Origin: Syntrophaceae bacterium
Lineage (GTDB): Bacteria; Desulfobacterota; Syntrophia; Syntrophales; Smithellaceae
Assembly: GCA_025355345.1 (NCBI GenBank)
Contig: JANXZU010000098.1
Coordinates: 960-64,959, forward strand
DNA: 64,000 bases
Reading direction: 5' to 3'
Below the pieces are notes generated by a model, which made no database searches, was not told the origin of the DNA, and worked only from the letters and a program-made list of their open reading frames with translations. Positions 43,450 through 52,945 of the stretch are shown piece by piece. The stretch's first letter is position 1. Each line of letters starts with the position of its first letter. A program made the translations under genes and the position numbers.

Positions 43450-44781
43450 ATGCGGGATGATAATTGGGACATAGTTATCAAAGGCGGAACTCTTTTGACC
43501 ATGTCCGCAAAAATGGAAATTATTGAAGATTCCATTGTCGGCATTAAAGACGGTCTTATTGTAGCGGTCGGCCAAAATGGTGATCGAGGATTTACCAATC
43601 TCAAAACAAAAGATACAATCGATGCATCCGACTGCATCGTTATGCCCGGATTAGTCAATACGCATACCCATCTGCCGATGGTCTGCTTCCGGGGCATGGC
43701 TGACGATCTGCCTTTAATGGAGTGGCTTACCAACAATATTTTTCCGGCAGAGGCACTTTTCGTCAACAAGAAAATGGTTTACGAAGGTGCAACACTCGCC
43801 ATGGCGGAGATGATTCTATCCGGCACGACGACTTTTTGCGATGGCTATTTCTTTGAAGATACAATTACAGAAGCCGTAAGTGCTGCTGGAATGCGTGCTG
43901 TTGTATCGCAGGGCTTTGCGGATTTCGCCACGCCGGATAATCCCCGATTAGAAAAAATGCTGGCAGCAGCCAGGCGTTTTGTGACACGTTGGCAGTCACA
44001 TGCACCGATGATTACACCGGCATATTTCTGCCATTCTCCCTATACCTGTTCTCCGGAAACACTAGTTAATGTTAAAGAAGCCGCCCGCGAAGCAGGTATC
44101 CTCTACTTGCTGCATTTGCTGGAAAATAAAGATGAGATCGATACCATATTAAATCGTTACGGCAACACACCTGTCCAGCATCTGCTGAATCTGGGCATTT
44201 TTGATGATCAGACTGTTGCCGTCCACTGTAACTGGCTTACAAGTGATGATATGGATGTCTTTGCAAGTCTGGGCGTCCGGGTTTCGCACAACCCGGAGAG
44301 CTCCATGAAACTTGCTGCCGGAGTCGCCCCTGTCCCGGAAATGATGAAGCGCGGCATTAAAGTGGGATTGGGAACTGATGGCTGTGCCAGCAACAATGAT
44401 CTGGATATGTTCCGCGAAATGGATACAGCTGCAAAAATTCACAAAGTCACGTCACTGGATCCTACCGTGATGAGCGCACAGACAGTTCTAAAAATGGCCA
44501 CGACAGGCGGTGCGCGGGTTCTGGGGCTTGATAAATTTATCGGTTCTATCGAGACAGGGAAAAAAGCCGACATCATCTTGGTGGATATAAACCAACCGCA
44601 TCTTACACCTCTCTATAACTGCTATTCTCAGCTTGTCTATGCCGCAAGGGGAGCGGACGTTAAAACCAGTATTATCAATGGCAAGATAGTAATGAAAGAC
44701 CGTCAACTGTTCACAATTGACCTGTCTGCGGCTATGGAAAATGTCCGCGGTATCGCTGCTAATATTATTGCCGGTAAATAG
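43450..44781 (+). CDS. mtaD: 5-methylthioadenosine/S-adenosylhomocysteine deaminase (amidohydrolase superfamily)
   Basis: NTHTHLPMVCFRGMADDLPLMEWL (HxH metal site), with the later ..HCNW.. and GTDGCASNN motifs. Confidence 0.8.
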   Translation: MRDDNWDIVIKGGTLLTMSAKMEIIEDSIVGIKDGLIVAVGQNGDRGFTNLKTKDTIDASDCIVMPGLVNTHTHLPMVCFRGMADDLPLMEWLTNNIFPAEALFVNKKMVYEGATLAMAEMILSGTTTFCDGYFFEDTITEAVSAAGMRAVVSQGFADFATPDNPRLEKMLAAARRFVTRWQSHAPMITPAYFCHSPYTCSPETLVNVKEAAREAGILYLLHLLENKDEIDTILNRYGNTPVQHLLNLGIFDDQTVAVHCNWLTSDDMDVFASLGVRVSHNPESSMKLAAGVAPVPEMMKRGIKVGLGTDGCASNNDLDMFREMDTAAKIHKVTSLDPTVMSAQTVLKMATTGGARVLGLDKFIGSIETGKKADIILVDINQPHLTPLYNCYSQLVYAARGADVKTSIINGKIVMKDRQLFTIDLSAAMENVRGIAANIIAGK

Positions 44782-44799
44782 TTCAATAAGTTTAAATTA

Positions 44800-45909
44800 T
44801 TATTTTTTAGGTACAAATAAATTTAAATACTTTCCGTAACCTTCTTTTTTCAGATCCTCTTTAGGAATGAAACGCATTGCCGCTGAATTCATGCAATAGC
44901 GCATTCCTGTGGGCTTCGGGCCGTCAGGGAAAACATGACCTAAATGGGAGTTTGCTTTCGTGCTTCGAACTTCGGTACGGGCAGAAAGAAGACTTCTGTC
45001 CTCTTTCTTAATAATATTTCCCGGCTCCAGTGGTTTGGTGTAGCTGGGCCAGCCTGTGCCGGAATCATATTTATCAAGCGAACTGAAAAGCGGTTCACCG
45101 GAAACAACATCCACGTAGATGCCATCTTTTTTGTTATTCCAATACTCATTATTAAATGGTTCCTCTGTGCTGCTTTGTTGAGTCACTTCGTATTGAGTCG
45201 GAGTAAGTTTATTTTTCATTGCAGCATCAACAGGTTTAGGGTTATTTGATTTTATCTTGCATATGGGCTGAAGGCCTTTGTCTTCTCCCCACAATTTCTT
45301 GATGGTTTGATCACGCCCGGACCCGTTACGGTAGGATTTATAACGCGCAGGATTTTGGATATCATAATCCTGATGATAATCTTCCGCCGGATAGAATCCG
45401 GACAATTTAATTAGATTTGTGGCAATACGCTGCCCGACTTTGCCTGATTTCTCCAACGCCTGTTTTGATTTTTCGGCAATCTGCCGCTGCTTGTCGTCTG
45501 AATAAAATATGGCACTGCTGTATTCATGACCGCGGTCGGCAAACTGACCTCCTGCATCGGTAGGATCAATATGTCGCCAGAAATAATTTAAAATTTGTTC
45601 ATAAGACAGTATCTTGGGATCATAATAAATCTGTACAGCTTCAATGTAACCCATTTGGGCATACGTTTCGTATATTGGGTTTTCACCTTTACCTCCCGTA
45701 TAACCGGATACAACTTTTATCACCCCGGTCAATTTTTTAAAATCAGACTTCACGCACCAAAAACATCCTCCGGAAAGTGTTGCAATATTTTCAGATGTTA
45801 TTTCATTTTGTTTAGCCATTTTGATTTTCTCCTCCGTCTGGCCGGAATTGGCGTTTTGACAACCTAACATAAAACTAAATATTATTAGATATATGAATAG
45901 ATTTCTCAT
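44800..45909 (-). CDS. msrAB: Bifunctional peptide-methionine sulfoxide reductase MsrA/MsrB, lipoprotein
   Basis: Lipobox MLGC, MsrA motif GGCFWC, and MsrB motifs GWPSY and RYCMNS. Confidence 0.9.
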   Translation of the reverse strand: MRNLFIYLIIFSFMLGCQNANSGQTEEKIKMAKQNEITSENIATLSGGCFWCVKSDFKKLTGVIKVVSGYTGGKGENPIYETYAQMGYIEAVQIYYDPKILSYEQILNYFWRHIDPTDAGGQFADRGHEYSSAIFYSDDKQRQIAEKSKQALEKSGKVGQRIATNLIKLSGFYPAEDYHQDYDIQNPARYKSYRNGSGRDQTIKKLWGEDKGLQPICKIKSNNPKPVDAAMKNKLTPTQYEVTQQSSTEEPFNNEYWNNKKDGIYVDVVSGEPLFSSLDKYDSGTGWPSYTKPLEPGNIIKKEDRSLLSARTEVRSTKANSHLGHVFPDGPKPTGMRYCMNSAAMRFIPKEDLKKEGYGKYLNLFVPKK

Positions 45910-46054
45910 TGTTCGCCTCCTGAGACAGTTCCTATAGAGATAGTAACTATAATATCGGCATTGTCAAATAGGACTGTGGATTCAAGATGGGTAACGTCAC
46001 TGATAAAGATATTGTTTTAATTTAGAAATAGTACTAATTGTTTATTTAACGATT

Positions 46055-46088
46055 CAAAAAATGCGGGGAAAGAAGACTTATTCCCTGC
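46055..46088 (-). terminator. Second (distal) terminator-like hairpin
   Basis: GCGGGGAA/TTCCCTGC stem with 1 mismatch, followed on the minus strand by T6. Confidence 0.4.
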
Positions 46089-46101
46089 TCCGGCACATAC
46101 T

Positions 46102-46142
46102 AAAAAAATGCGGTTGCCCTAGGATGTCCCTTGAGCAACCGC
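46102..46142 (-). terminator. Rho-independent terminator after the 94-aa gene
   Basis: Perfect 8-bp stem GCGGTTGC/GCAACCGC, followed on the minus strand by T7 (46108-46102). Confidence 0.7.
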
Positions 46143-46165
46143 AATCAATTTCTTATTGGCTGTGC

Positions 46166-46450
46166 TTATTTCTTCTTCTTGGTATCAGCCTTTTTGTCTG
46201 CTTTTACTTCAATGGTTGTTGCTTTCATCGTATATTCGATGGTAACTTTAGAACCTACTTTTAGATCGCCTGCAACTTTGGTTGCAGCGTCACGGTTGAT
46301 TTCCCATTTGTCTTTACCCTTCTGCACAAAGATTTTATCCGCTGTTACTTCCAGAACCGGTCCGGTTACCTGATATGTCTTTGGTCCCGCAGCAAACACC
46401 ACCGTGGCAACAAAAACAAACGCGCATACTAACATCAAAATATTTTTCAT
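46166..46450 (-). CDS. Small secreted protein with Lys-rich tail
   Basis: RBS 'aaggagg' and signal peptide MKNILMLVCAFVFVATVVFA. The mature part is beta-rich and ends KADKKADTKKKK. Confidence 0.6.
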   Translation of the reverse strand: MKNILMLVCAFVFVATVVFAAGPKTYQVTGPVLEVTADKIFVQKGKDKWEINRDAATKVAGDLKVGSKVTIEYTMKATTIEVKADKKADTKKKK

Positions 46451-46489
46451 AAATAAATCCTCCTTATAAATTTAGTTTTACAAGTTAAC

Positions 46490-46548
46490 ATAATACCAAG
46501 TTGCTTTCAAAAAATATGAATTTTTGAAAGCTTACTTGGTCTAATATG
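46490..46548. repeat. REP-like long hairpin, copy 3
   Basis: ATAATACCAAGTTGCTTTCAAAAA-loop-TTTTTGAAAGCTTACTTGGTCTAATAT; it abuts the stop (46549) of the minus-strand ComEA-like gene. Confidence 0.8.
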
Positions 46549-47445
46549 CTAGACAGCGAGATATTCTTTGATTGCATCGAAAGTCTTTTGTTTGATTCCT
46601 TTGATCTTCTTAATGTCTTCAATTGATTTGTACGGTCTGCCGTCAATAATCGACTGGGCCTTTGACGAGCCGATTTCCGGCAGAGCTTCCAGAGTTGCCT
46701 TATCGGCGGTGTTAATATTAATTTTTGTTCCCGGTGCCAGTTTGGTGGCAGTGGATTTAGCGGCCGATTTGGTCTTGCTAACAGCCTTGGTCACATCAAC
46801 TTCGCTCGCTTTCGTGGCAACAGATGATTTTACGGATGATGTCTGTGCTGCACCGACTGTTAATAAAGGTTTTATTGCCGCCACCGCTTTTGCGTCCAGT
46901 CCGGCTTTAGTCGTCAGTTCGTCTGTTGATGTATAAGGACGGTTGGCGATGATCTTCTTGGCAGTTGGAACACCGATACCTTTAACGGCTACCAGTTCTT
47001 TTTGTGTGGCGTTGTTGATATCCACAAGTCCGGCAACGCTCTTTTGCGCATCCGCTTTCTTTTCATTTACTGCTGAAGTCGCTTTTGCCGTTGCGGCAGT
47101 CAAGGTTGCAGGCTGATCCTTGCCTACTGTTAAAAATGGCTTTATTGCCGCAACCGCTTTTGCGTCCAGTCCGGCTTTAGTCGTCAGTTCGTCCGTTGAT
47201 TTATAAGGACGGTTGGCGATGATCTTCTTGGCCGTTGGAACACCAATGCCTTTAACGGCTACCAGTTCTTTTTGTGTGGCGTTGTTGATATCCACAAGTC
47301 CGGCAACGCTATTCTTTGTATCGACCTTTTTAGCAGCCTGCGCCGGAGTTGGATACGCACCGAAAATTAATGCAGTACTGATCAGTAAAGCAAAAGACAA
47401 CAAACAAAAATTATTCAACGATTTAATACATCCTCTTTTTAACAT
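46549..47445 (-). CDS. Secreted ComEA-like protein with three helix-hairpin-helix modules
   Basis: Signal peptide, then three modules of the form (D/N)IN(N/T)A..ELVAVKGIG...AKKII..RPY. The first two modules are nearly identical. Confidence 0.75.
   Translation of the reverse strand: MLKRGCIKSLNNFCLLSFALLISTALIFGAYPTPAQAAKKVDTKNSVAGLVDINNATQKELVAVKGIGVPTAKKIIANRPYKSTDELTTKAGLDAKAVAAIKPFLTVGKDQPATLTAATAKATSAVNEKKADAQKSVAGLVDINNATQKELVAVKGIGVPTAKKIIANRPYTSTDELTTKAGLDAKAVAAIKPLLTVGAAQTSSVKSSVATKASEVDVTKAVSKTKSAAKSTATKLAPGTKININTADKATLEALPEIGSSKAQSIIDGRPYKSIEDIKKIKGIKQKTFDAIKEYLAV
46855..47040. repeat. Internal direct repeat unit 2 (ComEA-like gene)
   Basis: Same 62-aa unit with 2 amino-acid differences, offset exactly 270 nt from unit 1. 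Confidence 0.9.
47125..47310. repeat. Internal direct repeat unit 1 (ComEA-like gene)
   Basis: Encodes SVAGLVDINNATQKELVAVKGIGVPTAKKIIANRPYKSTDELTTKAGLDAKAVAAIKPFLTVG. It is near-identical at the DNA level to 46855-47040. Confidence 0.9.
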
Positions 47446-47561
47446 ACTACCTCCCTTTATTTTTTAGTGATATTTTTTCTGTGTAAGACTTTGTGATGTA
47501 GGTTTTTACCAGAGTACAGTAACCTTGTCAAATGTAAATCTAACAAACAGATAGAAAAATA

Positions 47562-47590
47562 TTGACAAGCTGTTAAGCCGATGTTAAACT
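47562..47590 (+). promoter_or_regulatory. Sigma70-like promoter candidate for the porin gene
   Basis: TTGACA (47562-47567), 17 nt, TAAACT (47585-47590), about 50 nt upstream of ATG 47642. Confidence 0.5.
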
Positions 47591-47641
47591 TATTACATTG
47601 TGCCCAAATCAAAAATTTTAGTAAATAAGAGGAGGAAAGTA

Positions 47642-48982
47642 ATGAAGAGATTTTGGTTAGTAATGCTGTCGCTGGGGTTGGTCCTGGCTTTCAGCGCGCA
47701 GGCTCTCGCAGTCGATGTAAAGTTCAGCGGCGAGTTTATGGTTGGTGGTATGTATTTAGATAAAACCACCGTAAAGAAAGACACCTCATCAGATGGTCCC
47801 AGCACAGCCTTCTACTTTCAGAGACTGCGAGTTAATACAGATTTTGTTGTTTCTCCGGGCCTGAAGCTGGTCACCCGACTTGATGCCATGGAAAGAGTCT
47901 GGGGTGGTGCCAGATCCACTGCCACAGCTGCGGTTCCATCTGACCAATCAGCTCAATCTGCTTATGAAACTGAAAACATCGCTTTCGATCATGTTTACCT
48001 TCAGTATGATTCACCTATCGGTACTTTCAAGGTCGGGTATATGGATGACCTGGTTTGGGGAACCGTGTTTTGTGATAGCGCAACGCCCAGAGGGGTGATT
48101 GGCTGGAACAAAATAGTGGGACCGTGGAACTTTATCGTAAAAGTAATCAAGGCGAATGACAATAGTAAAACGGCAATAACCCCGGGCGCAAATGCGGATT
48201 TGGATAACGACAAGTATGCCGCTGCCGTGAAATATACATGGAACACCGGAGAAGCAGGATTGCTGGGCGCTATGTACCGTGATGCTAGGAAAAGAAATAC
48301 AGGGACACCGAATGATGATTACAATGCGAAGTATTACGCATTGCTGCCCTACGCCAAAGCTCAGGTAGGCCCGGTTAAAGTTCAGGCGGAAGTTGTTTAC
48401 GCCTGGGGCAAGTGGATGGAATATGAATCCGGTAGCACACAGACAGATATTAGTATGCAAAATTTGGGCATCTTTATTGATGCCGTTGCCGATTTCAATA
48501 TGTTTTATGCAGGCGGCACCTTGGCCTACATGTCCGGCGATGATCCCGGTACTTTGGATAAATATGAAGGCACCGCTGTTGTTACCGGCGGCTATGATTG
48601 GAATCCGTGCTTGATTATGTTCAATCAGGAACGTTCCTACTGGGCAGGCGCAATTGCTGGTTATGATACTGCTTCTAATTCCAGTTATATGAGCAATGCC
48701 TGGTTTGCCCAGGGCAAAGTTGGTGTACGCCCTTTTGCTAATTTGGACATTATGGCTTCACTTTCTTTCGCGACAGCAGACAAGAAACCAACCCCAACCT
48801 GGGTTGGCAATGCTTATGGTTATGAACTTGACGTTACCGGTACTTACAAAATCACCAATAACCTCTCCTACATGCTGGGCGTAGGTTATCTGTTCACCGG
48901 TGAGTTTTACAAAGGCACAAACGCTGCTAACTCACTCAGAGACGACTACATGCTGATCAACAAGCTGACGCTGACTTTTTAA
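47642..48982 (+). CDS. Outer-membrane beta-barrel porin-like protein
   Basis: ATG 47642 follows 'gaggagga'. Signal peptide ..AFSAQALA, alternating beta-strand pattern rich in aromatics and Gly, and a C-terminus LINKLTLTF ending in Phe. Confidence 0.7.
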   Translation: MKRFWLVMLSLGLVLAFSAQALAVDVKFSGEFMVGGMYLDKTTVKKDTSSDGPSTAFYFQRLRVNTDFVVSPGLKLVTRLDAMERVWGGARSTATAAVPSDQSAQSAYETENIAFDHVYLQYDSPIGTFKVGYMDDLVWGTVFCDSATPRGVIGWNKIVGPWNFIVKVIKANDNSKTAITPGANADLDNDKYAAAVKYTWNTGEAGLLGAMYRDARKRNTGTPNDDYNAKYYALLPYAKAQVGPVKVQAEVVYAWGKWMEYESGSTQTDISMQNLGIFIDAVADFNMFYAGGTLAYMSGDDPGTLDKYEGTAVVTGGYDWNPCLIMFNQERSYWAGAIAGYDTASNSSYMSNAWFAQGKVGVRPFANLDIMASLSFATADKKPTPTWVGNAYGYELDVTGTYKITNNLSYMLGVGYLFTGEFYKGTNAANSLRDDYMLINKLTLTF

Positions 48983-49010
48983 GAGCAAAGTTTTAAAACT
49001 GTTAGATTCA

Positions 49011-49046
49011 AATCCCCGGGGCTTCTTATCTCCCGGGGATTTTTTG
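49011..49046 (+). terminator. Rho-independent terminator after the porin gene
   Basis: Stem AATCCCCGGG/CCCGGGGATT with an approximately 10-nt loop, followed by TTTTT. Confidence 0.85.
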
Positions 49047-49254
49047 TTAGTTCCAAGTTTCAGCAGCGAAATAATATCTGAGTTTCATTGATCCTGCGTA
49101 AGCAGGGATTAAGATAAGTCACAAGTCCTTTTGACTAATCCTGATAAAATGTGGTAGGTAAATTTCAATTGACCAGTCATATACTTTGCTGACGGAACCC
49201 AACGCGGCAGGCAAAATGGGGCATGACATGGCAAATTGAAAAGGACCAGCTACT

Positions 49255-50925
49255 ATCAATAAAATTTCTGGAAATACAGCAGGATTAGGTGCCGCGCAAA
49301 TCAAACAAATCGAGCGCTTAGGGCACAAACGCATTCCTCCTGATGATGTTATCAGCCACGATCTGGCGAAGCAATTATCCTTTTTTTCCCGGGAAATAAA
49401 CCGCCAAATTGGCCTGCTCATCAGCCGCAATGGTGAAATAAATACGATAATTATTGGCGATTACAAAAGCGTTTTAATTCCTGCTCTTGAAGGATTCCGC
49501 TCGTCCTCACAACGATTCAAAGGACTTCGGTTAATTCACACTCACTTGAATAATGAAGAATTATCGGACGAAGATTTAACCGACTTATCGCACCTGCGGC
49601 TCGACCTTATCGGCGCGCTGGAAGTGCGCGAAGATGGTTTGCCGGGGAAGTTGCATCTTGCGCATCTAGTTCCGGAAAATCCTGCAGGTGATTATTGGCA
49701 GATCATGAAACCTGCGGAACATCACCTGATAACAATCAACTTTCTTTCCTTCATTGCCGCGCTGGAAGATGAATTTGCCAAAAAACAAAAAATACGCAAA
49801 ATTGAAGCGGTGGAAAAGGCCATTCTTTTACGCGTGGAGAAAAATCCTCTGGCTGACGCGCAAGCCTCTCTGGAAGAACTTACTCAACTAGCGCGCACCT
49901 GTGGTGTGGAAGTGTTTGACGCTCAAATTCAATACAGGCCGAGCCCTGACCCCAAATATATGGCAGGCAAAGGAAAACTCGAAGCAATAAGCCTGCGGGC
50001 GACACAAATCGGCGCGAATATGCTTATCTTTGATCATGAACTGACGCCGGCACAAATGCGTTCAATTAGCGATTTTACCGGGTTAAAAATCCTCGACCGC
50101 ACCCAGATTATTCTGGATATTTTTGCCAGGCGTGCCCATAGCCGGGAAGGGAAAATCCAAGTTGAACTGGCGCAATTAAAATATTTACTGCCGCGGCTTT
50201 CGCATCGGGACGATTCTCTTTCACGCCTTGCCGGAGGCATTGGCGGTGTCGGACCGGGAGAGACAAAACTGGAAATTGACCGCCGCCGTATTCGTGAGCG
50301 AATTACCCGCCTGGAAAAAGATCTCAAAGCGATCACTAAATCGCGGCATGAGCGTCGCGGCAAAAGACAGAAATCAGGTTTGCCGGTTATTTCCATTGTC
50401 GGTTACACTAATGCGGGCAAATCCACGCTGATCAATACGCTCACAAAAAGTGTCGTTTTGGTGGAAGATAAACTTTTTGCCACACTCGACACAAAAAGCG
50501 CCCGCCTGCGTTTTCCTCGCGATACTCAGGCAATCATCACCGATACTGTTGGGTTCATCCGTAATTTGCCTGCAGAATTATTCAGCGCTTTTCGAGCGAC
50601 ACTCGATGAACTCAAAGAAGCAGATATGCTTTTGCATGTAATTGATATCAGTAATAATCAATTTGAAGACCAGATAGCCGCAGTGGAAAAAATACTGGAA
50701 GACCTAGAAGTTAATAATAAACCGGCAATTCGAGTTTTTAACAAGGCTGACCGCTTCCCGAATAAAGATTTACTGGAAAAACTTGCTTTGCGCTTTGATG
50801 CCATTGCTCTTTGCGCGCTGGACAAAACAACACTTTATGCGCTATTAGAAAAAATAGAATGTTCGCTGCCAGGCAAAAACTTTGCAACGCCCGATTTTTA
50901 TGGTAGTAAAGAAACTATTGATTGA
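49255..50925 (+). CDS. hflX: GTPase HflX with long N-terminal extension; start codon uncertain
   Basis: G motifs GYTNAGKST, DTVGF and NKAD. The frame is open and protein-like from nt 49240, after TGA 49237, but has no ATG/GTG/TTG before TTG 49546. ATC 49255 lies 9 nt after 'aagga'. Confidence 0.7.
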   Translation: MNKISGNTAGLGAAQIKQIERLGHKRIPPDDVISHDLAKQLSFFSREINRQIGLLISRNGEINTIIIGDYKSVLIPALEGFRSSSQRFKGLRLIHTHLNNEELSDEDLTDLSHLRLDLIGALEVREDGLPGKLHLAHLVPENPAGDYWQIMKPAEHHLITINFLSFIAALEDEFAKKQKIRKIEAVEKAILLRVEKNPLADAQASLEELTQLARTCGVEVFDAQIQYRPSPDPKYMAGKGKLEAISLRATQIGANMLIFDHELTPAQMRSISDFTGLKILDRTQIILDIFARRAHSREGKIQVELAQLKYLLPRLSHRDDSLSRLAGGIGGVGPGETKLEIDRRRIRERITRLEKDLKAITKSRHERRGKRQKSGLPVISIVGYTNAGKSTLINTLTKSVVLVEDKLFATLDTKSARLRFPRDTQAIITDTVGFIRNLPAELFSAFRATLDELKEADMLLHVIDISNNQFEDQIAAVEKILEDLEVNNKPAIRVFNKADRFPNKDLLEKLALRFDAIALCALDKTTLYALLEKIECSLPGKNFATPDFYGSKETID

Positions 50926-50944
50926 AATTAAAACAGGAGGAAAG

Positions 50945-52918
50945 ATGAAACTGTTGCGAATAGGTATAATTTTTGCCGCCATATTCATTTCAACAAACAT
51001 ATTTGCTGCCGAAAAACTTCTTACCATTGTGCACACCAATGATTTACACTCACACTTGCAGGGCTTTTCTCCAGAAATAGACTATCGCCCTTTTGATGTA
51101 GGTGCCGATAAAACCGTCGGCGGTTGGTCGCGCATTGCAACGGTAATTAAAAACACAAAAAGGGAAAGAAAAAATCCTGTGCTTGTTCTGGATGCGGGAG
51201 ATTTCTCCATGGGCTCGCTTTTTCATATGCTGGCTCGCGAAGAAGCTTTTGAATTACGTCTGCTTAAAGACATGGGTTATGATGCCGTTACTTTGGGCAA
51301 CCACGAATTTGACCTGAAACCGGATGGACTGGCGCGGACTCTAATGGCGGCCAAAATCAAAGGAGGAATGCCGCAAATCGTTTTTGCCAGTGCCGTTTTT
51401 TCCAAAAAAGATCATGCCAATGATTCTCTGATGGAAGCTTTTCGTGAAGTAAATGTAAAAAATTACACCATCATTGTCCGGGATGGTATTAAAATAGGCA
51501 TTTTCGGAATCATGGGCAAAGATGCCGCCGCTGTTGCCCCTTTTGCCGCACCGGTAACCTTTCGCGATCCGATTGAAGTTTCCCGCGAGATGGTCAGTAT
51601 CCTGCGGGAAAAAGAAAAAGTTGATATTGTCATTTGCCTTTCCCACAGCGGCCTTTCTGCCAAGCCTGATAAATCTGAGGACGAAATACTGGCCCGTAAA
51701 GTCAAAGGAATCGATATAATCATCAGCGGTCACACACATGCATTGCCTAAAACTCCGGTTCAAACAGGCAGCACTATAATAGTCCATGCCTGGGTTTATG
51801 GAAAACACGTGGGCGTTCTGGACATATCCTACGACGGTCATAAGACAGCAATGAAAAGCTATAAAACTTTGTCCATAAACAGCGACATTAAGGGAGACGC
51901 AACAATTCAACAAACGATCGATGGATTCAAACAAAAAATTAATAAGCAATTCCTCGCGGGTTACGGATTTAAGTATGATCAGGTTATTGCCCAGACAAAT
52001 CATGACTTAGTGATTGCCACAGATGAATCGCCACTGGGGAACATGATTGCCGATTCCATCCGCTGGTATATAAATAAATATGACTCCAATAAAAATGATC
52101 CATCAAGCCGCGTTGTCGTTGCTGTTGAATCAAATGGCGTTATTCGTGATAGTTTGCTTGCCGGTAAAACCGGTAAAGTAACAGTTAGTGATTTGTTTCG
52201 TACTATACCTTTGGGCATCGGCAGCGATGACACCCTGGGTTACCCCCTGATTTCTTTCTATCTCTACGGCTATGAATTAAAAAGAGCTCTCGAAATTTTA
52301 ACCAGCGTGCAACCGCTTAAAGGAGACGACTACTTTCTGCAAATCTCGGGGTTACGCTTCACTTATAATCCACACCGCGTTATTTTCGATCGCGTGACCG
52401 GTATTGAAATGGGTTCGGAAGAGGAAGGATACAAACCGCTGGACTACAGCAAATCAAATCTTCAGCTCTATCGGGTTGCCGCCAATATCTATAATGCTAC
52501 TTTCCTGAAAGTAGTCGGGAGCTACACTTATCATCTGTTGGATATTGTTCCTAAAGATAAAAAAGGTAATCCTGTAAAAAGACTGAGTAATCTCAGGGTT
52601 GATGCCAATAAATCTAAGCAAGGTGTTCAGGAACTCAAGGAATGGCAGGGCGTGATTGATTACGTCCAATCATTTAAGGACGAGCATAATCCCAATGTAC
52701 CACCCCGTCTGCCGGAAAAATATAAAGGCACGCTGGGACGCATTGTAGCAATGCCAAGCTGGAATCCGGTTAAGCTCTTATCGCGTCCTAATATTCCCAC
52801 TATTTTAGCCATGGTATTTGTTGGATTTGTTTTCTGTGGAATAATACTGATCACGACCCTGATTCTTTCAGGGAAAAAACGGCGAAGACGAAGACGAGGC
52901 TCCAGAATTATTCTTTGA
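50945..52918 (+). CDS. Bifunctional metallophosphatase/5'-nucleotidase with C-terminal TM anchor
   Basis: ATG 50945 follows 'aggagg'; a signal peptide is present. Motifs HTNDLHSH, DAGD and GNHEFD. The C-terminal TM helix is followed by KKRRRRRRGSRIIL. Confidence 0.85.
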   Translation: MKLLRIGIIFAAIFISTNIFAAEKLLTIVHTNDLHSHLQGFSPEIDYRPFDVGADKTVGGWSRIATVIKNTKRERKNPVLVLDAGDFSMGSLFHMLAREEAFELRLLKDMGYDAVTLGNHEFDLKPDGLARTLMAAKIKGGMPQIVFASAVFSKKDHANDSLMEAFREVNVKNYTIIVRDGIKIGIFGIMGKDAAAVAPFAAPVTFRDPIEVSREMVSILREKEKVDIVICLSHSGLSAKPDKSEDEILARKVKGIDIIISGHTHALPKTPVQTGSTIIVHAWVYGKHVGVLDISYDGHKTAMKSYKTLSINSDIKGDATIQQTIDGFKQKINKQFLAGYGFKYDQVIAQTNHDLVIATDESPLGNMIADSIRWYINKYDSNKNDPSSRVVVAVESNGVIRDSLLAGKTGKVTVSDLFRTIPLGIGSDDTLGYPLISFYLYGYELKRALEILTSVQPLKGDDYFLQISGLRFTYNPHRVIFDRVTGIEMGSEEEGYKPLDYSKSNLQLYRVAANIYNATFLKVVGSYTYHLLDIVPKDKKGNPVKRLSNLRVDANKSKQGVQELKEWQGVIDYVQSFKDEHNPNVPPRLPEKYKGTLGRIVAMPSWNPVKLLSRPNIPTILAMVFVGFVFCGIILITTLILSGKKRRRRRRGSRIIL

Positions 52919-52945
52919 AGCATCGTTATATATAAGGATGTATTT

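Noticed and set aside
46855-47310. Possible CRISPR-like or other array of direct repeats
   Set aside because: There are only two copies, 186 bp long, in frame within a coding gene that encodes protein modules. No short repeat-spacer architecture occurs anywhere in the window.
49216-49239. ATG 49216/49228 followed by in-frame TGA 49237 as a selenocysteine or read-through start of HflX
   Set aside because: HflX is not a known selenoprotein and no SECIS-like hairpin is evident just downstream. A near-cognate ATC/ATT start or a sequence error is the simpler explanation.
49119-49430. 103-aa minus-strand ORF
   Set aside because: It is antisense to the protein-like, HflX-type N-terminal reading frame. 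It has no RBS and a low-complexity, odd composition, so it is a shadow ORF.
51341-52003. 220-aa minus-strand ORF inside the 5'-nucleotidase gene
   Set aside because: It is antisense to a gene with clear metallophosphatase motifs and has no independent support.
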